Below are positions 18,670 to 28,447 of a stretch of DNA of 64,000 nt, one piece after another; positions within the stretch are counted from its first letter, which is position 1, and the number at the start of each line of letters is the position of its first letter. Source of the DNA: an uncultured Chloroflexia bacterium (GTDB lineage: Bacteria > Chloroflexota > Anaerolineae > JAAEKA01); contig CAVPXC010000012.1 of NCBI GenBank assembly GCA_963709505.1, positions 93,356 to 157,355 on the forward strand. The letters run 5' to 3'. The notes beneath the pieces are model-generated. The model worked only from the letters and a program-made list of their open reading frames with translations, did no database searches and was not told the origin of the DNA. A program made the translations under genes and the position numbers.

Positions 18670-18775
18670 TTGCGGAGACACGTCTCAAAGCGACGGAAGT
18701 TGCAGGTTGCAGGTGGCTGGTTGCAAGGACTTGCAACTTGCCACTTGCAACCTGCAACCTGCCACCTATTCCACC
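18670..18775. repeat. heptamer-repeat hairpin element (GCAGGTG/GCAAGTG arrays)
   Basis: gttgcaggttgcaggtggctggttgcaaggacttgcaacttgccacttgcaacctgcaacctgccacc. Confidence 0.75.
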
Positions 18776-18780
18776 GTGGT

Positions 18781-19194
18781 TTACTTCTGCAACTGCTCGA
18801 TCAGGCCCCAATCGTCCCAGTTCGCCCAGGCCTCGGTGATCTTGTCGCCGACCACATGGTACATGACCAGGCCCTTCCAGGTGGCGCGCTTGCCTGTGGC
18901 CGGAATCCCGGCGAAGGTGCCGGTGTGGGTGCCGGGCGCCTGGAAGCGTACGACCACCTTGTCGCCCTCGGCCACCATGTCCACGATCTTCAGGTCCAGG
19001 TCCGGAAACGCGGCATAGAGCATGTCCATCTGGTTGTGCAGGGCATTCTCGCCCTTGATCGCCTCAGGCACGGCCGAGCGATCGATGTAGAAGCCCGGCG
19101 CCGTAAACTGCGTGAACTTGCTGAAGTCTCGCTCCACCAGAATCGCCTGCGCATAGGCGCGCACGATTTCTTTGTTCTGTTCAATCGAACCCAT
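18781..19194 (-). CDS. SnoaL-like ester cyclase
   Basis: Sequence MGSIEQNKEIVRAYAQAIL...DKITEAWANWDDWGLIEQL. Confidence 0.7.
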   Translation of the reverse strand: MGSIEQNKEIVRAYAQAILVERDFSKFTQFTAPGFYIDRSAVPEAIKGENALHNQMDMLYAAFPDLDLKIVDMVAEGDKVVVRFQAPGTHTGTFAGIPATGKRATWKGLVMYHVVGDKITEAWANWDDWGLIEQLQK

Positions 19195-19196
19195 GA

Positions 19197-19818
19197 CTAA
19201 TCTCCTTGTTTGCCAAAATGATCGAGCAGTGTCTGCAAGATGATCGGGTACTGCCCGCCGTTGAAATGATGCGCGCCCGGCACGACGACCACGGAGGCGC
19301 TCAACTTGTCTTGCCACGCGGTGCGGTTGGCTCGCCAGTCTGATGTGTGCGGATCGTTGTCGGATATCATGACCACGATCTGCCGGCCGGCCGCTGTCTT
19401 GGCCCGCTCCAGGTCGAACGGCGTGTTGATCCAGGGCATCAGGCTGTCCCAGGGCGCATCGGTCCAGAACCAGCCGGCCACGCAGAGCGTGCCGTCAACG
19501 TGAACGCCTTCCGGCAGCTCGGCCAACGCACGCAGGACTGCCTGGCATCCCACGCTGTGCCCGACGATCACAGTCCGGGCGATTTCGTCGGGATCAGAAC
19601 CGAGCACCTGCATGACCCTTCCGACCCAAGCCGAAATAGTTGGCTCGCCCGGGTTGGGCATGGCAGACACCACGACCGGATCGAAAGGCAGCGGAAGGTC
19701 TCGATACGGCGGCGGACCGCCTACTCGACCGACGGATTCAGCTCCGCTGCAGCCAGGGATACCAGTCGCTTGCCGGCGTGCCGGACCAGCGCGGGATGAC
19801 GATCAGACGCTTGCTCAT
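19197..19818 (-). CDS. RBBP9/YdeN-like serine hydrolase (alpha/beta fold), with an apparent frameshift near 19700
   Basis: The N-terminus MSKRLIVIPRWSGTPASDWYPWLQREL ends at a stop. The remainder, in another frame, is PPYRDLPLPFDPVVVSAMPNPGEP...GHSVGCQ (GXSXG)...ISDNDPH. Confidence 0.65.
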
Positions 19819-19835
19819 TGGGTGCCTGATGCTGC

Positions 19836-20264
19836 CTAGCCTTCGTAGAGCATCTTGATGCCATCGATCTGGCGCATCAAGCCCATCACGTCGTTCTCCA
19901 CAATGGCCTTCACCAGCTTACCTTCGGGTGAGAACCAGAAGAAGGTGACGCCGTCGATCGACACATTCTTGTTGCTGCCGGGCACGTTGCGCCAGGTGCC
20001 GACGTGCTTGCTGCTCATGGTCCACCAGGAAGCCGCCTTGGTGTCGTCGGCCACGATGTCGTTCGCGACGTAGGTCAAGCCCTCGAAGGCGATGCGGTTG
20101 CGCGTCACCATGCCCTTGAACCCGTCGATCGTGTCGGTACGCGTGAACGCCAGAATGAAGGCGAAGTTGGGATCGATCAGCTCGTCGATCGTATCCATGT
20201 CGCCTTTGCTCCAAATCTCGGTCATGAAACGCCGTATGGCGTCCTCGTTCTCTTTCTTACCCAT
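19836..20264 (-). CDS. SnoaL-like ester cyclase
   Basis: Sequence MGKKENEDAIRRFMTEIWSKGDMDTIDELI...KLVKAIVENDVMGLMRQ. Confidence 0.65.
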   Translation of the reverse strand: MGKKENEDAIRRFMTEIWSKGDMDTIDELIDPNFAFILAFTRTDTIDGFKGMVTRNRIAFEGLTYVANDIVADDTKAASWWTMSSKHVGTWRNVPGSNKNVSIDGVTFFWFSPEGKLVKAIVENDVMGLMRQIDGIKMLYEG

Positions 20265-20707
20265 TGTGTCGTTCTCCTTCTTAAATTAGTGGTCAAGCTG
20301 GGCAATACGTCAAGCTGCTGAAGCAGGCCCAGGCTATCCTGAGCCACCCACATCTCGACGATCTTGCCGTTTTCGATGCGAAAGATGTCAATGCCCTTGT
20401 CGATCACGCGCTTACCCGTTGCCGGACGTCCCAAAAACTCGCCCGTGTTGGTAGCCACATAGCTCCAACGTGTCGCCACCAGATTTCCCTCAGCCATCTC
20501 GATATCTACGGTAAAATGCACGTCTGGGAAAGCTACGAGTGCAGTTTCGAACCATTTATGCAGGTTAGGCGGTTGATGCGCCTGGCCTCCGGGAAAATTA
20601 AAGATGACAGGTTCCACAGCAATCTCGTCGATGATCTCGCCATGCTTGTCGTTCCACAATTCGTACCAGTAGCGCCGCACAACGGCTTTATTTGCTTCGA
20701 TTGACAT
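20222..20707 (-). CDS. SnoaL-like ester cyclase (C-terminus extended by ~25 aa, overlapping the next gene by 43 nt)
   Basis: Sequence MSIEANKAVVRRYWYELWNDKHGEIIDEI...KIVEMWVAQDSLGLLQQL. Confidence 0.65.
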   Translation of the reverse strand: MSIEANKAVVRRYWYELWNDKHGEIIDEIAVEPVIFNFPGGQAHQPPNLHKWFETALVAFPDVHFTVDIEMAEGNLVATRWSYVATNTGEFLGRPATGKRVIDKGIDIFRIENGKIVEMWVAQDSLGLLQQLDVLPSLTTNLRRRTTQWVRKRTRTPYGVS

Positions 20708-20721
20708 AGTTGTTAGTAACT

Positions 20722-20812
20722 CCGGCTGTAGATTGGTAGATTGGTAGATTGGTAGATTGGTTAGATTGGTAGATTGGTACCAATTACCATTACCAATCTA
20801 CCAATCCGCCAA
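20722..20812. repeat. octamer-repeat hairpin element (GATTGGTA x6 / TACCAATC arrays)
   Basis: gtagattggtagattggtagattggtagattggttagattggtagattggtaccaattaccattaccaatctaccaatc. Confidence 0.8.
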
Positions 20813-20816
20813 GCTA

Positions 20817-21257
20817 TTAACCAGGTGGCGGCGGGACAACGCCAAGCTGTTGCAGCAAGCCCAGCTCGTCCACATTGGCCCAGCGCTCGACGATCTGGCC
20901 GTCGCGCATGCGGACGATGGTGGTGCCGCTAAAGGTCAGTTGCTTGCCACTGGGCGGCATGCCCATCACGCCACCGGTGTCGGTGCCAACCAGGTGCCAG
21001 CGGTGCACGACCTTGTCGCCGGCGTACACTTCGTCGTCGATGGTCAACTGGATGTCGGGCATGGCGGCACGGAACATGCCGACGATGGCGCGGAAGCTGG
21101 CGCTGCCTTTCTCCGTCTTCGGCTTGCCGCCAACCGTTGAATGATCATCTGCGTCGGGGGCAATCAGCGTATCGAGTACGCTGAAATCGCCCTTGTTCCA
21201 GACTGAGTTGAAGAACTTCTCGGCGATGGCGTTGTTGGCTTCGGGTGAATAGGACAT
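20817..21257 (-). CDS. SnoaL-like ester cyclase
   Basis: Sequence MSYSPEANNAIAEKFFNSVWNKGDFSVLDTLIAPDADDHST...ERWANVDELGLLQQLG. Close paralog of 22151..22561. Confidence 0.7.
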   Translation of the reverse strand: MSYSPEANNAIAEKFFNSVWNKGDFSVLDTLIAPDADDHSTVGGKPKTEKGSASFRAIVGMFRAAMPDIQLTIDDEVYAGDKVVHRWHLVGTDTGGVMGMPPSGKQLTFSGTTIVRMRDGQIVERWANVDELGLLQQLGVVPPPPG

Positions 21258-21335
21258 TGGGATTCTCCTTGTTTACGTTATCGTCAGTTCGACTATCGGC
21301 GGCTGTCAGGTCGCCGAGATCTACAATTAACCAAG

Positions 21336-22125
21336 TCAGCGAGCGTTGGCGGGCAAGACGCCCTCCAGCGTGCCAACGAGCTGCAGCGACACCTGGCCGC
21401 CTTGCAGCAACATCACATCATAAACGGTGCGCACTCCCAGGCTGCCGCCCGCCGTGGCCTCGAACCAGACGTAGTCGTCATCGCCGGTAATGTTGCGCAT
21501 GAATACCAGATGGAATCCACTCTCCGTTTCGAACTTGTGACGGAAGAACGAGCGCAGGGCCTCGCCGCCTTCGACTGAAAGCTTACCCGTGACAAGACGA
21601 GCGTCGGCGGTGAAGAAGTCGTCGGCCATGCCGTCGGTATCCTGGCGAGCCTGGTAGTCGATGTAGCGATGGTGCACCCGTTGAGCATCTTCGTTGACCG
21701 GCGGGACAAAGCCCGCAAAGTCGCCAGGCTGCCACACGCTGCCCTGCTTCGAGCCGTAGAGCTGCAGGTAGACCTGACCGTGGCGCAGGAACTTCATCTC
21801 ATATGGCTCGATCAGGCCGGCTGGGCTGTCGATCACAAGCTCCTGCCAGATGAAGTCACGCCCGGCGACGAGCTGCTGGACCCGGACAGGGCCGAAGCCG
21901 GCCAGTCGCTCCGTCATCAGCTCGATCACACCTTTGACGGCCGGCCGGCCTTCGGCGCGGAAAGTTAAAGCCATGCAGACGGGCGTCCTCGGTGTACAGA
22001 TCGCGCACCAATCCATCCAGATCGCCGCGCTGCGCGTACGCCATCCGTCGCGCCTGATAGGCCTGGGCCTGTTCGACGCTGGCGGGATCGCCGACAATCA
22101 TGGGGGCAATGCGGTCGTCTGTCAT
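21336..22125 (-). CDS. tandem NTF2-like (SnoaL_2) two-domain protein, with an apparent single-base insertion near 21965
   Basis: MTDDRIAPMIVGDPASVEQAQAY...LYTEDARLHGFNF in one frame continues as RAEGRPAVKGVIELMTERL... in another. An extra c in tttccgc explains the shift. Confidence 0.6.
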
Positions 22126-22150
22126 GAGGTAACTCGTGTCCACCAATCTA

Positions 22151-23462
22151 CTAACCAGGTGGCGGCGGCGCAATGCCAAGCTGCTGGAGCAGGCCCAGCT
22201 CGTCCACGTTGGCCCAGCGCTCGACAATCTTGCCGTCGCGCATGCGCACGGTGGTGATGCCGCTGAAGTGCAGCTCTTTGCCGCTGGGCGGCATGCCCAT
22301 TACGCCACCGGTGTCCGTGCCAACGAGGTGCCAGCGGTGCACGACCTTATCGCCGGCGTAAACCTCGTCGTCGATGGTCAGCTTGATGTTGGGCATCGCA
22401 CTGCGGAACATGGAGACGATCGCAAGGAAGCTGGCGCTGCCTTTCTCGGTCTTGGGCTTGCCGCCAACCGTCGAGTGGTCGTCCGCATCGGACGCGATCA
22501 GCGTGTCGAGCACGCCGAAGTCGCCCTTGTTCCACACCGAGTTCGAAGAAGCGCACGGCAATAGCGTTGTTTTCTTCGGGAGTGAACTGGCGCGCGGACG
22601 GACGGCCGGCCGTCATCTGAGTGGTCAGGCCAAGCTGATTGGCAACCACGTGGATGGCGCGGATCTTGCCGCCCCAGAACTCGAAGAAGTCAATGCCATA
22701 CTCGTCAACCTGGCTTCCGGACGGTTGAACGCCGTTGAACTCGCCAACGTGCTGGCCGGTGATACGCCAGCGTAGGGCTGCCTTGTTGTCGCCGGCAAAC
22801 TCGCGCACGACCTCGAATTTGAGGTTGGCGAACGCCTGGCGGAGGTAGCTAACGTAGCCGCGCAGCGCCTCTTTGCCGGAGAGCGACGGCATGGTGGGCA
22901 AGCTGAACTGAAAGTCGTCGGCGAGGATCTCGTCCATAGCTGAGAAGCGCCCCTTGTTGAGCAGCTCGTCGAAGAAGCGGCGAGCCGTTGCCAGGTTCTG
23001 CTCCGGCGTAGTTGCGGTCCGAGGGCTAGGCATGACGCCAAGCTGCTGGAACATGCCAATGGTGTCCTCGTGGCCGATGACCTCGACGATCTTGCCGTCC
23101 TTGATCCGGTGCCAACTCATGCCGTCGATCTCGAAGTAACGGCCGCTGGGCGGGACGTCGCCGGCGACGGTGTGGATGGCGCCGCCCAAATGCGTGCCGC
23201 CGCCGCGCCACCTGGTCACCACCATATCGCCCGACGCCACCATGTCCTTGGCGTGGATGTAGAAGTCGGGAAAACACCCATGCAGCATGGTCACAAGATC
23301 CTTGAAACCGTCCGGGCCTACGTACGGCTCAGGATGCGTCGGCAGGGTAAAGACGAAATCAGGCGTCAGCAGCTCGTACAGGGTGCCGAGATTGCCATCC
23401 GTCATGATCTCCTTAAAGTAGCGCATCGCGATGTACTTGTTCTGGGTTTCCGACATGCTCAC
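22151..23462 (-). CDS. three tandem SnoaL-like ester cyclase domains in one reading frame (third domain shifted by one inserted base near 22578)
   Basis: Domain 1 runs MSMSETQNKYIAMRYFKEI...GMFQQLGVMP. Domain 2 runs PEQNLATARRFFDELLNKGRF...VVANQLGLTTQ. Domain 3 runs MTAGRPSARQFTPEENNAIAVRFF(N)SVWNKGDFGVLD...LGLLQQLG. There is no stop between the domains. Confidence 0.6.
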
Positions 23463-23560
23463 ATCACCTCTTCAGTCTCTTTCTTCTCCATCGGGAGAAG
23501 CATCAACGGCCAAACTCCGGCTCCCCTCTCCGTAGTAGAAAAGGAAGCTTGAGGAAGAAT

Positions 23561-23670
23561 GCTAGAGGTATCTTCTCAACTTGTAGGGGCCAGGCCCTTG
23601 CGGTCGCCCTAGCGGGCAGGCGCAAAGCCGTGCCCCTACCCCGGATTATTGAGAAGATACTGCTAGAGCC
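23561..23670. mobile_element. MITE-like ~100-bp element (family A) with ~25-bp terminal inverted repeats GTATCTTCTCAA....GTAGGGGC
   Basis: Left end gtatcttctcaacttgtaggggc and right end gcccctaccccggattattgagaagatac. The core ttgcggtcgccct.g..ggcaggcgcaa.gccgtgcccctacc is about 85% identical to the reverse complement of 44693..44790. Confidence 0.65.
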
Positions 23671-24148
23671 GTGCAAAGCCCGGTGCATAGCTCGGCGGCA
23701 CGACTACCGCGTTGTAGCTCTCGATCACCAGCCCGTACGGGTTCTTGGTCGAAGGACGCAAGGTCCAGGCCTGCGTAAAGTCGGCTGAGACACGCTTGCT
23801 TTTGGCGGCCGGCGGCACGAACCAGCTGGCCTGCCACGCCACGACGACCTGAACGTTGATGTTATCGCCATCGATCTTCGGATCGACGCTCACCACGTTG
23901 TGGTTTTCGTCGAAAAAGAGGTTAATCACACCCGGCGCCTTCTCGCCGTCGGAATACGTGCCGCCAGAATACCAGGCGACAAAATCGCCGACGCCGTGCA
24001 GGGTCTTCTCGGGGAAGATCATTTGGACGTTCTCATCCGCCACGAGTTCGAGGATCTTCTCAGTCGGCACGTGGAAATCCAGCGCCTGGTACCAGGCCGC
24101 GGCAAAGGCTTGAATTTGTTCTTGGGTAACTGCGTTATGTCCAGTCAT
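23663..24148 (-). CDS. NTF2-like protein (SnoaL-like superfamily)
   Basis: 161 aa. Sequence MTGHNAVTQEQIQAFAAAWYQALDFHVPTEKILELV. Confidence 0.5.
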   Translation of the reverse strand: MTGHNAVTQEQIQAFAAAWYQALDFHVPTEKILELVADENVQMIFPEKTLHGVGDFVAWYSGGTYSDGEKAPGVINLFFDENHNVVSVDPKIDGDNINVQVVVAWQASWFVPPAAKSKRVSADFTQAWTLRPSTKNPYGLVIESYNAVVVPPSYAPGFARL

Positions 24149-24164
24149 GGGATATCTCCTTTGG

Positions 24165-24300
24165 ATCGGTGAACAGTCAACAGTCAGTCAACAGTCAACA
24201 GAAGTTGCGACTACTTGCTTCTTATCTGTTCACTGCTTACTGCTTACTGCTTACTGCTTACTGCTCTACTGTTCACTGTTCACTGTTCACTGCCTAAGTC
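24165..24300. repeat. heptamer-repeat hairpin element (GTCAACA / CTGCTTA / CTGTTCA arrays)
   Basis: ggtgaacagtcaacagtcagtcaacagtcaacag ... ctgttcactgcttactgcttactgcttactgcttactgctctactgttcactgttcactgttcactg. Confidence 0.75.
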
Positions 24301-24668
24301 GGGAACGAGAACGGGCTGACCGAGATCACGCCCGTGAATTGATGGGTTGCCTTGTTATCACGCAACATGAACACGTCGTAGACCTTGGCCTCGGCCAGGT
24401 TGGTGTGCAGAGTGGCCTCGAAAAAAATCGAGTCCTCCGTCTCCGTAAAACGATCGGTTGACACCAGCTTCAAGCTGCCCAATCGAGCAAGATACGCCAC
24501 GAAGTGCTCACGCAGCGCCTGGCGGCCTTTGATCGTGAAGTCGAAGCCGATCAACACTGCGCCGTCGTGATAGTGCTGCATTAGCCCGTCGATATCGTGG
24601 GCCTCCAGTGCAGCGACCTGCTCTTGGTAGAATTTCTGGCCTGCTGTCAAGTTCGAAGAAGTCGTCAT
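24294..24668 (-). CDS. NTF2-like / SnoaL_2 protein
   Basis: Sequence MTTSSNLTAGQKFYQEQVAALEAHDIDGLMQHYHDGAVLIGFD. An alternative upstream ATG lies at 24698. Confidence 0.55.
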   Translation of the reverse strand: MTTSSNLTAGQKFYQEQVAALEAHDIDGLMQHYHDGAVLIGFDFTIKGRQALREHFVAYLARLGSLKLVSTDRFTETEDSIFFEATLHTNLAEAKVYDVFMLRDNKATHQFTGVISVSPFSFPT

Positions 24669-24699
24669 GATATGTATGCTGCGAGTATCCCGATCCATC

Positions 24700-24800
24700 G
24701 ATAGATTGGTAGATTGGTAGATTGGTCGTAGAACGATACTGGCGAGTCCGCGTTGCCTTTCCCACCAATCTACCAGTTTACCAATCTACCAACCTACTGC
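24700..24800. repeat. octamer-repeat hairpin element (GATTGGTA / TACCAATC)
   Basis: gatagattggtagattggtagattggtcg ... ccaccaatctaccagtttaccaatctaccaacc. Confidence 0.75.
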
Positions 24801-26505
24801 CCACATGTTGCGCCGATGCGCTCCGGGTGCGTGTCACCTTCCAGCACCAGGTCGATCAGGAAGGGGCCGGGATGGGTCAGCATCTGCTGGATGGCCGGAC
24901 CGATCTCATCGGGCTTCTCGACCCGAAGTCCGGGCACGCTGAGGCCCCGAGCCATGTCGACGAAGTGCAACGGTGGGCTGGACAGGTCAAAGCTCAGCGG
25001 GAAATCGTGCTTGGGAATGCCCTGGTCCTTCCAGTACTGGTCGATGTTCAGCTGCAACAGCCGGTAGGAGCCGTTGTTGCAGACCACGAACTTGACGTCG
25101 AGGTTGTGCCGCGCCGCGGTCCACAGCGCCTGGATGGTGTACATCGAGCCGCCGTCGCCGCTGAAGCCGATTACTGTCTTGCCGGGATTGGCCAGCTTGG
25201 CGCCGATTGCGCCGGGGAAGCCGATGCCCAGGGAACCGCCGCGGGTCAGGAAGTACTCACCAGTTCGCTGGGGCGGCCAGTAGCGCACCACGGCTGGCGA
25301 ACTGGTCAGCGCCTCGTCGAAGATCACGACGTTCTCAGTGGGGAGCTGCTTGACCAGCTCTTCCATAAACTGCGCCATGTGCAGCGGCGTCGCGTCGCGC
25401 GCCGCCTGGTCGGCCTGAAGCAGCGCCGCCCGTTTGGCGGCCTTGGCCGCGCCGATCTCCTGCGTGCGAGCATCGGCCGCCGTGCGCTGTTCGGTGGTCA
25501 TTCCCGCCTCCAGCGCGTCGGCCAACAGGTCCAGGCTCAACTTGGGATCGGCCACTACGGCCAGATCGACCCGATGGTTCTTGCCGATTTCGTAGGCGTT
25601 GAGGTCGATGTGCACGACCTTGGCGCCCGGCGCCCAGATGTCGCCCAAATGCGGAAAAACTTCGGGCAAAACGTAGGTGCCGACAATGAGATTGGCGTCG
25701 CCTTTCTGCATCAAGGGCAGGCTGGCCGAGCCGAACATGTGGCCGGTCATGCCCTGGTACAGAGGATGCTCGTAGCTCATGTTGACCTCGCCCGAGTCCG
25801 CTTCCCAGACCTCAGCGCCCAGCAGCTCGGCCACCTTCTCCAGCTCGGCCTGCGCGCCGGAGTAAGCCACGCCGTCGCCGGCGAAGATCATCGGCTTGGC
25901 GCCGGCGGCCAGAAGAGCGGCGGCCTGGTGCACAAAGTCGATCTGCGGCCTCACGCGCGTCGAGGGGATCAAGGTGGGGTAGACCTCGTCGGTGCACGGC
26001 GCATCCAGGATGTCGGCCGGGATACAGACGTAGACCGGGCCCATCGGCGGCGTGCCGGCCACCTTGATGGCCCGGCGAATGACCCGCAGCAGGTTGGCCG
26101 GCTCCAGCACCATGGTCGACCACTTGGTCACCGGCTCGGCGAAGGCCACCAGGTCACCGTACATCTGCGACTCGGTGTTCATGTAGCGGATGCCGGCGTC
26201 GCCGCCGATCACCACTAGAGGTGAATGGCCGCGCTTGGCCTGAAAGAGCGCACCGATGCCGTTGCCCACGCCGGGCGTGCTGTGCAACTGCACCAGCGTC
26301 GGGCGCTGGGTCGCGCGGGCATAGCCATCGCCTGCCAGCACGGCGACAAATTCCTGGAGCGTCAGGATGTACTTCATCTCCGGGTAGTCGGCCAGTGCAT
26401 CCAGGAAACCCTGTTCCACAGTGCCGGGATTGCCGAACATGAAATCCATCCCATCGGCGAGGAACTGTTCGATGATTGCGGAACGACCGGTTTTTGTCTG
26501 CCATA
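24794..26505 (-). CDS. thiamine-diphosphate-dependent enzyme (acetolactate synthase / benzoylformate decarboxylase family), with an apparent extra A in an A5 homopolymer near 26493
   Basis: ThDP-binding motif GDGGSMYTIQALWTAARHNL...NNGSY. The N-terminus MADK(T)GRSAIIEQFLADGMDFMFGNPG is restored if aaaaacc is read as aaaacc. Confidence 0.7.
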
Positions 26506-26527
26506 ACCTTTTGCGGCGACTGGGTGA

Positions 26528-26640
26528 CCGGTAGACCGAGTAGATTGGTAGATTGGTCGGGTGACCGGGTACTGGTGAGGTTCGATGTACCCAACTCTAC
26601 CTAGCTTACCTTGTCACCTTTCACCTTCTACCATCCGTAC
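26528..26640. repeat. octamer/heptamer-repeat hairpin element (GTAGATTG / GGTGACC arrays)
   Basis: gaccggtagaccgagtagattggtagattggtcgggtgaccgggtactggtgagg ... cccaactctacctagcttaccttgtcacctttcaccttctacc. The inverted repeat is imperfect. Confidence 0.55.
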
Positions 26641-27482
26641 CTGCGCAACCCGTTCTCCAGCACTTCGATCATCAATTCGCCCACCAGGTGAGAGTCCTGG
26701 GTAGAGCGGCCGGTGAGGAAGGGGTAGTCCAGGATGGTGGAGATGGTGCGGCCAACGCCGCCGTGGTACTGGCCATCGGGGCCGACCGCGTCGCGCAGGA
26801 TGTACTCCAGGGGATAGAAGGGCGTGCGGAAGTTGGCACTGGTGTTCATCGGGTTGCCGTCGTAATCGTACATCTGGGCAAAGCCGGTGCCGTCTTTCCA
26901 GTCGTACTCGCGGGCGTGGCCGGTGACGTGTTTGCCCCAGATGATGCTCTTGCGCTCGGTCCAATCACGGGCAAAGGCCAGGCAGGTCACGCAGTAGCAC
27001 TCGGCGGCGATCAGCTTGCCCTGGGCCAGGAAGCCAAGGATCACGTCGTGCAGCCGCTCGTTGTTGACCATATCGACCATGGGACCACTGCCGCCGGGCA
27101 GCAGGAGTGCATCGTATTGCTCCAGTTCCTTCCAGCAGGCATCGCGCTTGGTGTAGTACTCTTCCAATTGTATGCCAAAGTGCGGGCCATTAAAGTAGGG
27201 CATCTGCGGGAACCAGGTCGACAGGTTGATCGGATCCTTCAGCAGGCTCGACTCATGGATCTCTCGGGTCCGGGTGGCATAATGCACGTCGGTGACGATC
27301 TTGTGCAGTGGCGGGTCTAGGAAGCCCGGCTCCATGCTGGGCGGTAGCGCCGGCGGCTTCCGGCCGAACGGTGTCATAAAGTCAATCTGATAGCCACGCT
27401 CGAGCAGAACATCATATGGGCCTACTAGCTCTTCGCCCCAGTAGCCCCACTCAGACAGGACAGCGAGAATCTTTTTGGACAT
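26628..27482 (-). CDS. DJ-1/PfpI-like (class I glutamine amidotransferase-like) protein
   Basis: 284 aa. Sequence LLPGGSGPMVDMVNNERLHDVILGF...IAAECYCVTCLA (nucleophile Cys). AAGGAG ribosome-binding site. Confidence 0.65.
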   Translation of the reverse strand: MSKKILAVLSEWGYWGEELVGPYDVLLERGYQIDFMTPFGRKPPALPPSMEPGFLDPPLHKIVTDVHYATRTREIHESSLLKDPINLSTWFPQMPYFNGPHFGIQLEEYYTKRDACWKELEQYDALLLPGGSGPMVDMVNNERLHDVILGFLAQGKLIAAECYCVTCLAFARDWTERKSIIWGKHVTGHAREYDWKDGTGFAQMYDYDGNPMNTSANFRTPFYPLEYILRDAVGPDGQYHGGVGRTISTILDYPFLTGRSTQDSHLVGELMIEVLENGLRRYGW

Positions 27483-27594
27483 GGGAAGCTCCTTATGTTA
27501 TGTAGCAAAACTTACTTCGAATGCAACCAATGGTGAAGGAAGAAGAGTCCTTGCATACTCAAAACGGGTAGGTTGGAACAATCTGCGATCCAGA

Positions 27595-27834
27595 TTACGA
27601 CCACAGGGAGCCTGGATCGATATCGTCCAGGTCCGGGGTAACCTCATCCTGCTCCAACTCGACCTTCAGGAAGTGCATCAGTGTTTCGATGGTGGAAAAT
27701 CCAACGCGCTTGCCGCTGCGGGAATCCTCCAAGCTGAAGCGCCACATCGCCGGCACGTCAGTGCCGCCATCGCGCTCCTGCCAGCAGCGCAAGAGATAGA
27801 CGCTGTAGCGGGGCGGTGATTTGGCCTGAGACAT
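27595..27834 (-). CDS. small hypothetical protein
   Basis: 80-aa ORF MSQAKSPPRYSVYLLRCWQERDGGTDVPAMWRFSLEDS.... No family recognised and the start is uncertain. Confidence 0.3.
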   Translation of the reverse strand: MSQAKSPPRYSVYLLRCWQERDGGTDVPAMWRFSLEDSRSGKRVGFSTIETLMHFLKVELEQDEVTPDLDDIDPGSLWS

Positions 27835-28299
27835 AGTGAATGCTCTCTTGCAGCGAAAGGACCGCTGCAACGCTGCGGTGAGATTGAAACTGGTGGCGGG
27901 ATTATGGCAGAATATCGTAAACTCAACGTTAAATGGATTGTCAACGAAACGACCAGAACTGACGAATAACAAAGCAAATCGTAAACCCATTTTGCTGGCC
28001 AAAACTCTCAATTCAACTCAACCTACTGTATATTGTGTTGCTGGAGACAGTAACCTCAGTATTTAGGTATTTACCAAGTTACACGAAATTTACGATGTGC
28101 CTACTATTCGGTTGCTCCAGGTGATCAGAACCTGCTGCGGCATCGCCAACTGGAATCTCACCTACACAAATAAGTCGCCTATCCTGGGTTCTTAGTAAGA
28201 GTGTCTTCAGAATGAGTTGACGGAATATTGAAGAGCTAGCTTCTGAGCACAGTGTCAACCCATTTTGAATGCACCCATTTGATAAGATCGTGTTGTCTC

Positions 28300-28400
28300 G
28301 AAAGAGCCGTTGTAGTGCAGGTGGACAGGTGGCAGGTAGCAGGTGGCATACAGTTGCTACTTGCCACTTGCCACTTGCAACCTGCAACCTGCAACTTGCC
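28300..28400. repeat. heptamer-repeat hairpin element (GGCAGGT/GGCAAGT arrays)
   Basis: caggtggacaggtggcaggtagcaggtggcatacagttgctacttgccacttgccacttgcaacctgcaacctgcaacttgcc. Confidence 0.8.
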
Positions 28401-28447
28401 CACCCTTACGAAGGCCGATAGTTGACGCCAACCTCGTCATCTGTAAA

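Noticed and set aside
20222-20264. 43-nt overlap between two ester-cyclase genes as evidence of a frameshift
   Set aside because: The upstream gene simply has a ~25-aa C-terminal extension relative to its paralogs. No alternative frame restores a shorter canonical terminus, so the overlap may be genuine.
28343-28447. N-terminal extension of the SARP regulator (MAYSCYLPLATCNLQPATCPP...)
   Set aside because: It is a translation of the heptamer-repeat hairpin. The true start is the ATG at 28448.
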